In this document: positions 29,170-37,541 of the stretch, piece after piece | Position numbering within the stretch: position 1 is the stretch's first letter | Layout of the letters: every line of letters starts with the position of its first letter | Source: Kiritimatiellia bacterium | GTDB lineage: Bacteria > Verrucomicrobiota > Kiritimatiellia > UBA8416 > JADHWI01 | Direction of reading: 5' to 3' | DNA: 64,000 nucleotides | Assembly (NCBI GenBank): GCA_030744755.1 | Contig: JASLPY010000020.1 | Coordinates: forward strand, 5,209 to 69,208 | The notes under the pieces: model-generated | Databases searched by the model: none | The model's input: the letters and a program-made list of their open reading frames with translations, nothing else | What the model was told of the DNA's origin: nothing | Program-made: the position numbers and the translations under genes

Positions 29170-31359
29170 ATGAATGCGAAGCCCTTCATTATCTCAGCTT
29201 TGATCTGTTCATCGATACTGGCGGCGGATCCGCCGGGGAGCGAGCGCCAAAGGCTGGAACGGCTTAAGAATCTCATGGACACTGTTCCGGCCATCGTGTT
29301 CCTTGAGAATACTGAGTTCGGGAATGCCCCCCGTCTCAACATGTCGTTGAGCGATGGTCCGTACAAGGGCAAACCCTTCAAGGCAGGCGCGGCGATACGC
29401 ATTCTCACGTTCAACGAGGATGCATCCACCACCGTCAATGATCTCCTGAGAGATCCCAACGGAATGATCCGTGACCTGGACGTCTCCTACGATGGCGAGA
29501 GAATCCTGTTCTCATGGAAGAAATCCCAACTGGAGGACGACTTCCATATCTACGAGATGATCGTGGCTACGAAGAAGGTCCGCCAGGTCACACGTGAGCC
29601 TGGCGTTGCTGATATCCAGGGACGATATCTCCCGTCCGACCGCATACTTTACCACTCCACCCGGTGCGTGAACGTAGTCGACTGCAACGAATCCATTGAT
29701 GTTGTCAACCTATACACGTGCGACTTACAAGGCGGCAAGATTCTCCGTCTAGGTTTCGACCAGGTATCGACCCAGTATCCGAGCGTGCTCTCCGATGGCC
29801 GGATCGTCTACACGCGGTGGGACTACAATGACCGCGGTCAGATCTATCCGCAGGGACTCTTTACCATGAACCCCGATGGCACTCAGCAACAAGCGCTATA
29901 CGGGAATAACTCCTGGTACCCGACCTCGCTGATCCAGGCGCGCTCCATACCTGGAAGTCGCCTGCTGTTGGCCGTTACGACCGGTCATCACACGCCACCA
30001 CACGGCAAACTTGTGACTGTTGATACTGCACAAGGGCGCGAGGAGGGCAAAGGTGTGCAGTGGATCGCTCCCGTGCGCGCACTTCGTTACGTTCGCAAAG
30101 ACAAAGCGGATCAGGACGAGCCACTTTTCCAGTACCCTTTTCCCCTGTCCGGGGACGAGTACCTGGTCGGTTATTCATTGGGGGGAAAGCCGGGAAGCAG
30201 CCATTTCGGGATCTACTGGATGAGTCGCGACGGCGAACGCGAGCTGCTGGCATCGGACCCGAAGGAATCGTATCGCCATCCCATACCCCTCATCCCCCGC
30301 AAGGTGCCACGGGTGCGTTCGAGCACCGTTGACTACAGCAAGGACTACGGAACATTCTACATTGATAACATCTACGCCGGCGAAGGATTGCGTGGCGTTG
30401 CCAGGGGTACGGTAAAGAGCCTGCGTGTCATTGCCCTGGACTTTCGCCCCGCGGCTGTGGGGCAGAATTTTAATCGGGGCGAAGCCGGTAGCGCGCGGGT
30501 CTGCACGCCCGTCAGCATCTGCGCTGCGTGGGATGTGAAGCGGGTTCTTGGTGAAGCAAAAGTGTACGAGGACGGATCCGCCGCTTTCAATGCACCTGCG
30601 CGCACGGCCCTGTACTTCCAGGCAATTGACGGCAAGGGGCATGCGGTTCAATCCATGCGCAGTTGGGTTACACTGATGCCCGGCGAGACGTATTCATGTA
30701 TCGGATGCCACGAGGACAAGAACACTGCGCCAGTCACACATGAGAAACGTTCCCTCGCGATGAAGTCCGGTGTGCAGGAACTCAAACTGTTTCATGGTCC
30801 CGCGCGCGGATTCAGCTTTATCAAGGAGATCCAACCAATCTTCGACAAGCACTGTGTGCGCTGTCACAGCGGCAAGGTCTACACTGAGGATTTCCGCCCC
30901 GGCAAGGACGGTAAATCGTTCAGCCTGCTGGGCAAGCCTGTAAATGACAGAATGGCCAAGCGTGCGTGGAGCGAATCCTACTTGAGCCTTCTTCAAGCCA
31001 TGGAATCTAAAGACGGTGGACGAATCAAAAGGTACACCGGATCCAACACATTCATCAATTGGCTTTCTCCCCAAGGTGGTCCGACAGTACGCGAGCCGGG
31101 ATCGTTTGGCGCCAAAGCCAGCCGCATGATAGAGATTCTTGAAAAGCAACATCCCGATCGCGATGGCAAGCCCCGCACCGACCTCTCACACGAAGAAATG
31201 GCAATAATCTCCTGCTGGATAGACCTGGCAGTGCCGTTCGTCGGCGATTACCGGGAAGCCAACATCTGGACTCAGAGTGAACTTGCCTGGTACCAGCACC
31301 AGCTCAGTAAGCAGCAGCGCCTTCTCCGTTCTGAATCGAAGAGCTATCCCCCGGAGTGA
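29170..31359 (+). CDS. HzsA-like protein (TolB-like beta-propeller, hydrazine-synthase-alpha middle domain, two c-type heme motifs)
   Basis: DLDVSYDGERILFSW, DGRIVYTRWDY, DGSAAF..PA...LYFQAID..G.AVQSMRSW, CIGCH and CVRCH. Confidence 0.8.
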   Translation: MNAKPFIISALICSSILAADPPGSERQRLERLKNLMDTVPAIVFLENTEFGNAPRLNMSLSDGPYKGKPFKAGAAIRILTFNEDASTTVNDLLRDPNGMIRDLDVSYDGERILFSWKKSQLEDDFHIYEMIVATKKVRQVTREPGVADIQGRYLPSDRILYHSTRCVNVVDCNESIDVVNLYTCDLQGGKILRLGFDQVSTQYPSVLSDGRIVYTRWDYNDRGQIYPQGLFTMNPDGTQQQALYGNNSWYPTSLIQARSIPGSRLLLAVTTGHHTPPHGKLVTVDTAQGREEGKGVQWIAPVRALRYVRKDKADQDEPLFQYPFPLSGDEYLVGYSLGGKPGSSHFGIYWMSRDGERELLASDPKESYRHPIPLIPRKVPRVRSSTVDYSKDYGTFYIDNIYAGEGLRGVARGTVKSLRVIALDFRPAAVGQNFNRGEAGSARVCTPVSICAAWDVKRVLGEAKVYEDGSAAFNAPARTALYFQAIDGKGHAVQSMRSWVTLMPGETYSCIGCHEDKNTAPVTHEKRSLAMKSGVQELKLFHGPARGFSFIKEIQPIFDKHCVRCHSGKVYTEDFRPGKDGKSFSLLGKPVNDRMAKRAWSESYLSLLQAMESKDGGRIKRYTGSNTFINWLSPQGGPTVREPGSFGAKASRMIEILEKQHPDRDGKPRTDLSHEEMAIISCWIDLAVPFVGDYREANIWTQSELAWYQHQLSKQQRLLRSESKSYPPE

Positions 31360-31481
31360 GACGGACGAACCCGCGCCTGTCAACATGAGGGAATCCTGAG
31401 CATGGAATCTCCGGTTGCGCTTCCCGCATCAAGGGCGCATACTACCTGCAGAATCAGTAGAGCTTTGCTGAAGAGGAAAAC

Positions 31482-32084
31482 GTGATGCAAGGAACTGGTT
31501 ACATAACAATATGTCTCTTTCTGGCTCTTACGTCCGTAGTAGCCCACGGTTATGAAGAACACGTTGTAGTGAAGAGGCGTCGGCGTCTCGACAACACGAC
31601 ATACGAAGTTATGACACGGTCAGACCTGCGCAAACTGGAATACAACAACCGCCGGGAGAAGATTATCCAAGTCAAAGCCCTGGCAAAGGCAGAAAAGGCC
31701 TGGAAAGAAGATCCCTCGAACAAGGGAAAGAGCTTCCCGCGATCGGTTGTCACTTCACCCGATGTGCGCGCCATGAAAGGGTACCGTGATCTGGCGGACG
31801 CTACTGAGGAGGCCAACCGCTACACGCAGCAGGAAAAGAAGCGGCTTGCCAAACAGAAAAAGGACCTCAAGGAGAAATACGCCGTTTATCAGACAGCACG
31901 TAACAGCAGAGACCGGGGCAGAAGGCAGGAAAAGCGGTACGACATGGAGCGCTACAACGCGGCCCTGAAACGCGATGAAGAGCGTGAGGCGCTGCTTCAG
32001 AAAGCGGCGGATCTCTACGAGTCCGTCCTTGAAGAAGTGCGGGCTGAGTACACAACACGCCGTTCGAAGGTCCGCTCAGAATAG
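31482..32084 (+). CDS. Hypothetical secreted basic helical protein
   Basis: Signal-like N-terminus followed by K/R/E-rich helices; SD GAGG. Confidence 0.55.
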   Translation: MMQGTGYITICLFLALTSVVAHGYEEHVVVKRRRRLDNTTYEVMTRSDLRKLEYNNRREKIIQVKALAKAEKAWKEDPSNKGKSFPRSVVTSPDVRAMKGYRDLADATEEANRYTQQEKKRLAKQKKDLKEKYAVYQTARNSRDRGRRQEKRYDMERYNAALKRDEEREALLQKAADLYESVLEEVRAEYTTRRSKVRSE

Positions 32085-32139
32085 GAGAAATGTTGCCAGA
32101 TTGACCCCGCGAACAATGGCAGTTTAGATATGGAGATTC

Positions 32140-32613
32140 AACCACCCGCGCCCCCGCGCTAGAGCTCCCGAGGACACAGAGGTTCGATGGGGAGGAGTGG
32201 GACTTGGGCTCTGGAGAAGTTGCATGAATCTGGCGGAATGCTCCCCTGACCCCCGGCATTCCTTAATCCAGATTCATGCAACGTTTGCCATTTGAGAGAG
32301 ATGAGAAGTCACTCCCGTTGGCACCAACTTGGACGTTGGTTGTTGGGCGTTGGACGTTGGACGTTGATCACCTCCTCCCTCTCCTGAGGCAAACGCGCGC
32401 TGAATTCGATGATCGTTTCGTAGACGTTGTGCGAAATGCTGCAAACGTATTGTCCCAGTAAAACGATCGTTGAATTCAGCGCGCTCTCCATAAGCTGAGT
32501 CTCCTCCTGTCTTCTAACCTCCGTGTCCTCGGGAGCTCCAGCGCGGGAGCGCGGGTGGTTACGTTCTCTAGTTCTAATCCTCAATTCGCATGCTGCTAGT
32601 TCAATTCCGGCTA
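32140..32613. repeat. Structured repeat element, copy B
   Basis: IR 32140-32197 / 32501-32560; hairpins 32219-32282, 32283-32394 and 32395-32484; 53-bp flank 32561-32613 is the reverse complement of 13638-13690 with a few mismatches. Confidence 0.9.
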
Positions 32614-32691
32614 CTTTCTGCCATCACCACTCGCAATTATGTTGAGTAACTCCCTGGCGTCACACCTCATTCAGTGGAACGTGCATAATCT

Positions 32692-32719
32692 ACTTCACAT
32701 AACAGGGGTTATGTTGAGC
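32692..32719 (+). other. dif/pdif-like XerCD recombination site
   Basis: ACTTCACATAA-CAGGGG-TTATGTTGAGC, 11-6-11 architecture; extra half-sites at 32637-32647 and 32718-32728. Confidence 0.6.
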
Positions 32720-32789
32720 TCCACATAAACGCAGTCGTTTGTATCAACTGCCATAGCGTCTCCATCCCGTTCCGTTTTCGTCATCGTGC

Positions 32790-32818
32790 TTGATCGACAT
32801 CCCTTCTGAAGGTATCCT
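32790..32818 (+). promoter_or_regulatory. Putative sigma70 promoter
   Basis: TTGATC-17 nt-TATCCT. Confidence 0.4.
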
Positions 32819-32915
32819 TGCCGCCATGAAGCAGTCTATTCATGCCGGTCTTTTTTGGGGTCTGCCATCTTCGCCCGAAAGGAGGTCGCCCATCAATCTA
32901 ACTGCCAGGTCGAGC

Positions 32916-34286
32916 ATGACCGCCAAATCAACCTTCATTGCGCTGATATCCATCTGCATGTTCTATTGTTCGAATGCCTGCGACACCTGGGTCGCTCCGG
33001 GGAATTCAACGACATCGGGATGGATGATGCTTGGTAAGAATAGCGATCGGCCCAGGTTTGGGTGCCAGCCGCTGGTGTATCACGCGCGACGGAAATGGCC
33101 CGCAGGTTCTGAGATCGATCTTGTACGGGTCAAGATTCCGCAGGTCGAGGAAACCTTCACAACCATCGGGTCCTGCCCTTACTGGTGCTGGGGCTACGAA
33201 GAAGGAATCAACGAATACAGCGTGGCCATTGGCAACGAAGCTATTTGGACAAAGGTTCTCAGCGAGGACAAGGTCTCTGACAGGGCAGGTAAGGGGCCGA
33301 AGCTCGGCCCGACGGGAATGGCTCTCGTCAGGCTGGGACTGGAAAGAGGCAGAACCGCAAGGGAAGCTCTCAACGCTATTGCGAAGATTGTGGAAGTTCA
33401 CGGCCAACACGGTTCGGCATCACCCACAAGAGGTATGGACGCTGCCTACCACAACTCTTTCATAATCGCCGATCCCGAAGAAGCATGGATACTTGAAACC
33501 ACGGGTAATCACTGGGTGGCCAGGAAAGTCACTGTGGGTCCTACGTCTATTTCCAACGGATTGACCCTGGGTTCTGAATTCGACCTTGCCTCGGTCAGCC
33601 TTGTTCAGCATGCCGTCACAAAAGGGTGGTGGCCGAAAGGGAAGGAAAAGGAGTTTCACTTCCAACATGCCTACTCACCCGGAACGGCGAGTGATGGCCC
33701 GGTTGTGACTCGCGTGCATCGACGCGCAAAGATCTCCCGGACCGTTCTTGAAAAGAAAGGTGACCGGGTAGATGTTCGTTGGATGATGCAAGTAGGGCGA
33801 ACACCGGGCATCGACCTGAGCGCTACTGCGAGCTCATCGGTAGCTGTCCTCCCGGATTCGGAGGACCAGTTGCCGGTATACTGGTGGTGTCCGGCAAGAC
33901 CCAGCCGAGGGTGCTTCGTGCCTTTCTTTATTCACGGCAAGGGCCTGCCGGAAATTGTCTCTACCGCGGGTACGGCCGGCATGCGTGTTGAAATGGCGGA
34001 CAGAGTAAAACGGGATACTTTTTCCGGCAAATCTTACTGGTGGCTTTTCAGGGATCTCGACGACAAAGCGGGAGGAGACAGCGAGAAGCTTTCCGTTATC
34101 AGGGAAACATTTGATGCATTGGAAAAAGAATTCGAGGTAGGGGTTCCCGCCGTAATCAAGAAAGCCGTACAATTGAGAAAAGACGGTCAGCCGGACAGGG
34201 CTGCTGCGGTTCTCGACTCCTATACAGGGAGATGCCTGGATAAAGTCCTGCTGAAACTGAATGACTTACGAGAACGGTTCGAGTAA
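32916..34286 (+). CDS. Secreted peptidase family C69 (dipeptidase/secernin-like Ntn hydrolase)
   Basis: Signal MTAKSTFIALISICMFYCSNA then CDTWVA...GKNSDR; WGYEEGINE..VAIGNE, LVRLGLERG.TA, NSFIIADP.EAW.LET. Confidence 0.88.
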   Translation: MTAKSTFIALISICMFYCSNACDTWVAPGNSTTSGWMMLGKNSDRPRFGCQPLVYHARRKWPAGSEIDLVRVKIPQVEETFTTIGSCPYWCWGYEEGINEYSVAIGNEAIWTKVLSEDKVSDRAGKGPKLGPTGMALVRLGLERGRTAREALNAIAKIVEVHGQHGSASPTRGMDAAYHNSFIIADPEEAWILETTGNHWVARKVTVGPTSISNGLTLGSEFDLASVSLVQHAVTKGWWPKGKEKEFHFQHAYSPGTASDGPVVTRVHRRAKISRTVLEKKGDRVDVRWMMQVGRTPGIDLSATASSSVAVLPDSEDQLPVYWWCPARPSRGCFVPFFIHGKGLPEIVSTAGTAGMRVEMADRVKRDTFSGKSYWWLFRDLDDKAGGDSEKLSVIRETFDALEKEFEVGVPAVIKKAVQLRKDGQPDRAAAVLDSYTGRCLDKVLLKLNDLRERFE

Positions 34287-34337
34287 GGCAGGACACGGGA
34301 CTTGCCACGCCGCAGGCGTGATGCGGGAAGGCCTGTA

Positions 34338-35900
34338 ATGAAACGATTTCTGTTCGCAGTCGCGGTTCTCACTGCGGTGTGCAGCTGTCATGCTGTCGCG
34401 GCGGCTTTGAGTCCGTTCGAAAGCGAGACCTGGTCCATTCCTGCGAACGGTGTGGACACCCGGATACTGGCTGTTCTGAAGCAGAAAGGAATTGATCCCG
34501 CGTACCCCTGTTCGGATGAAGTCTTTATCCGGCGACTGTACCTGGACGTAATAGGCACCCTTCCCGAGCCCTCGGGCGTTCCCGGTTTTCTGCAGGACGA
34601 TCGTCCGGGCAAACGTGCGCGACTGATTGACGATCTGCTGGAGAGGAAGGAGTATGCCGATTACTGGACCCTCAAGTGGTGCGATCTACTTCGGGTCAAG
34701 GCGGAGTTTCCCATCAACCTCTGGCCCAACGCCGTGCAGGCCTACCACCGCTGGATCTGGAACTCCGTCAAGAAGAACCGTCCGTATGACGAGTTTGCCC
34801 GGGAACTTCTGACCTCCAGCGGCAGCAATTTTCGCGTACCCCCAGTGAACTTCTACCGTGCAGTTCAGAGCCCCGAGCCCCCGGCTCTCGCAGAGGCCGT
34901 GGCCCTCACCCTGATGGGGTCACGCGTAGGAAGCTGGCCGGCAGACCGCCGCGATGGCATGGCCGCGTTCTTCTCGCGGGTGGCTTTCAAAGGCACTGAC
35001 GAGTGGAAGGAACAGATCGTACAGTGCGATCCTGCAAAAAGAGATCCGTTCAAGGCGCTGCTCCCGGACGGTACCACCGGACGGGTCGAGGCAGGTGTCG
35101 ATCCGCGTGTGACTTTCGCAAACTGGCTGATCACTCCGGAGAACCCCTGGTTCACGCGCAGCATCGTCAACCGCCTGTGGGCATGGCTGCTGGGACGGGG
35201 CATTATCCACGAGCCGGACGATATTCGGCCGGGGAACCAGCCCGTCAATCCGGAGTTGTTGAGCTACCTGCAGCAGGAGTTGGTCGGAGCCAGGTACGAC
35301 CTCAAGCATGTATTCCGATTGATCCTGAACTCCCGTACCTACCAGCAGTCCTCTATTGCGCGTGGCCGCCAGGAGGAGGCCGAAGCCCTGTTTGCCTGCT
35401 ACTCGATCCGCCGGCTCGACGCAGAGGTCCTGGTCGACGCCCTCGACTGGCTGGGTGGAAGAGGGCAGAACTACGAAAGTCGCATCCCGGAACCGTTCAC
35501 ATGGATCCCTGAAGAGCAACGAACCATCGAACTGGCGGACGGCAGCATCACCAGTACGTTCCTGATGATGTTCGGGCGTCCGCCCCGTGACACGGGGCTT
35601 GAATCCGAACGCAGTACCGATGCGACCGATGCGCAGCGACTTTTCATGCTGAACTCCACGGATGTCTACAACCGGATCTCCCGCAGCCTGCGGCTGCGCA
35701 GGATCACCATGGCGGCGGGCGGAGACCGGGTCAAGCTGGTCCGTGGACTGTACATGACGCTTCTGTCACGCGAACCCACGATGGCCGAACAGACCAAGGC
35801 GGAGAGCTACTGGCAGAATTCGAAATCAGGCTCGAATGAGGCGGCGACGGATTTGGCGTGGGCACTTATCAACAGTATGGAATTCATGTACCGGCACTGA
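34338..35900 (+). CDS. DUF1549/DUF1553 domain protein
   Basis: SDEVFIRRLYLDVIGTLP, WCDLLR, NRPYDEFARELL, NPWF.RSIVNRLW..LLGRGII, LAWALINSMEF. Confidence 0.9.
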   Translation: MKRFLFAVAVLTAVCSCHAVAAALSPFESETWSIPANGVDTRILAVLKQKGIDPAYPCSDEVFIRRLYLDVIGTLPEPSGVPGFLQDDRPGKRARLIDDLLERKEYADYWTLKWCDLLRVKAEFPINLWPNAVQAYHRWIWNSVKKNRPYDEFARELLTSSGSNFRVPPVNFYRAVQSPEPPALAEAVALTLMGSRVGSWPADRRDGMAAFFSRVAFKGTDEWKEQIVQCDPAKRDPFKALLPDGTTGRVEAGVDPRVTFANWLITPENPWFTRSIVNRLWAWLLGRGIIHEPDDIRPGNQPVNPELLSYLQQELVGARYDLKHVFRLILNSRTYQQSSIARGRQEEAEALFACYSIRRLDAEVLVDALDWLGGRGQNYESRIPEPFTWIPEEQRTIELADGSITSTFLMMFGRPPRDTGLESERSTDATDAQRLFMLNSTDVYNRISRSLRLRRITMAAGGDRVKLVRGLYMTLLSREPTMAEQTKAESYWQNSKSGSNEAATDLAWALINSMEFMYRH

Positions 35901-35929
35901 AACTGATGCATGTACAAGGCGAGGCAATC

Positions 35930-37264
35930 ATGAACCAAAAGACACCAGGACAGCTCATGACCCGGCGCGAAATGCAGAAACGCATGCTGCTGGGAGCAGC
36001 CGGGCTGGCTGCCGCGCATCACATGCCGGCCTTCGCCCAGCCCGCGACCCCGGTGGCAACGGCCAAGGCGGTCATCCAGATCTGGATGTGGGGCGGTCCC
36101 CCTCACATTGACACCTTCGACCCTAAACCCGACGCCGGTTACGACTACTGCGGGCCGTTCAACAGGCCGATCGATACCAACGTGCCGGGGATGCAGATCG
36201 GTCAGCTCTTGCCGCAGCTCGCCCAGCAGGCCGACAAGTATTCCATCATTCGCAGCATGACCCACGGTAACAACGGTCACGAGACTGCGTCATACATTGT
36301 GCAGACGGGCCATAAGCCCGGCGGGCGGTTAGTCTTCCCGTCTCTCGGGGCCATAGTTTCCAAGTTCAAAGGATACGACACTGGCTACAGCAGCCTCATC
36401 CCGCCCTACGTCGTGCTGACGCAATCCCAGGGTCGTTTCGATCCGGCTGGTTTCTTTGGACCGCGCTACAAGCCTTTCGTTACGGGCGGAGATCCGAATG
36501 CATCGCGTTTCGCCGTGGAGGGAGTTGTCTCCGGAAACATCTCTGACGAGCGTCAGAAGAGCCGCCGGGAACTTTTACATTCACTGGATTCGCTCAAACA
36601 GGCTCTGCCCGAACACCCGGTGTCGATGAAGCTCGGCTCGCTTGAGGACAAGGCTTACGAGATGATCCTCGGCGATGCCGGAAAGTTGTTCGATCTCTCC
36701 ACGGAGGACAACGAGCTCCGCCAGCGCTACGGTCGGAATAGATTCGGCCAATCCTGCCTGATGGCCCGTCGCCTGGTGGGCGCCGGCGTTCCGTTTGTGA
36801 CCATCAACTACGGTGGGTGGGACACGCACAAGCAGCATTTCCAGAGCATGCGGACGAAGCTGCCGCAGATGGACGCCGCCATGGCGACACTGTTGCAGGA
36901 TCTCAAGGATCACGGTCTTCTGGACAGCACTATCGTCTGGTGGAGCGGCGAGTTCGGGCGCACTCCGAAGGTGGCATGGCCCGCACCTTGGAACGGTGGC
37001 CGACATCACTTTGGCCAGTGTTTCTCCGCGCTACTGGCAGGTGGCGGGTTCAAGGGCGGCAAGGTGATAGGCGCATCGGATGCCACCGGAGAGAAAGTAG
37101 CAGAGCGTCCGGTCTACCCACCGGACCTGCTGGGTAGCATTTGCGAGCGGATGGGCATCAATCCCGACGAGTCATTGCCTAACCGGCGAGGCATGGAATT
37201 GAAGGTCATGGCTTCCGGAGAGGAGTTCGGAGAGGGTGGGGGACGGTTGACGGAGATTGTGTAG
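35930..37264 (+). CDS. DUF1501 domain protein (Tat-exported, alkaline phosphatase/sulfatase-like fold)
   Basis: TRREM Tat-like motif; AKAVIQIWMWGGP.HIDTFDPKP, GQSCLMARRLV.AGV, GWDTH, GEFGRTP. Confidence 0.92.
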   Translation: MNQKTPGQLMTRREMQKRMLLGAAGLAAAHHMPAFAQPATPVATAKAVIQIWMWGGPPHIDTFDPKPDAGYDYCGPFNRPIDTNVPGMQIGQLLPQLAQQADKYSIIRSMTHGNNGHETASYIVQTGHKPGGRLVFPSLGAIVSKFKGYDTGYSSLIPPYVVLTQSQGRFDPAGFFGPRYKPFVTGGDPNASRFAVEGVVSGNISDERQKSRRELLHSLDSLKQALPEHPVSMKLGSLEDKAYEMILGDAGKLFDLSTEDNELRQRYGRNRFGQSCLMARRLVGAGVPFVTINYGGWDTHKQHFQSMRTKLPQMDAAMATLLQDLKDHGLLDSTIVWWSGEFGRTPKVAWPAPWNGGRHHFGQCFSALLAGGGFKGGKVIGASDATGEKVAERPVYPPDLLGSICERMGINPDESLPNRRGMELKVMASGEEFGEGGGRLTEIV

Positions 37265-37276
37265 ATTCGTGGTATG

Positions 37277-37304
37277 AGGTGTCAGGTGTCAGGTGTGAGG
37301 TGTA
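37277..37304 (+). repeat. Heptamer tandem repeat (G/C)AGGTGT x4
   Basis: gaggtgt caggtgt caggtgt gaggtgt. Confidence 0.8.
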
Positions 37305-37403
37305 GATCTCGTCTCCAAAGGTTTTTCGGGCTCACGGGTGCCAGAGTAGGGGTGCCCCAGGCCCTCGGGTACCCCAGTAGATGGTTTGGGGCAGGGTCTG
37401 CCC

Positions 37404-37541
37404 CGAATGGCACTAACCTGAAGGGCTCGCGCACGCGCATGCTCTATCTCGTCCACCTCGTAGCGGTGGACGTACTGTCTGGAAGTAGGTCCACCGCTAC
37501 GAGGTGGACCATGGCGGGGTCGCTTAAGTCAGTGCCATTCG
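37404..37541. mobile_element. 138-bp MITE-like element with an internal REP doublet
   Basis: Terminal IR CGAATGGCACT (37404-37414) / AGTGCCATTCG (37531-37541); inner perfect 21-bp IR 37451-37471 / 37489-37509 with adjacent GTAG. Confidence 0.65.

Noticed and set aside
29170-31359. Anammox hydrazine synthase
   Set aside because: No hzsB/hzsC or hao genes nearby; HzsA-like domains are widespread in heterotrophic PVC bacteria
32692-32719. The chromosome's true dif site
   Set aside because: Cannot be established from this window; the G-rich spacer and multiple nearby half-sites argue for an accessory site
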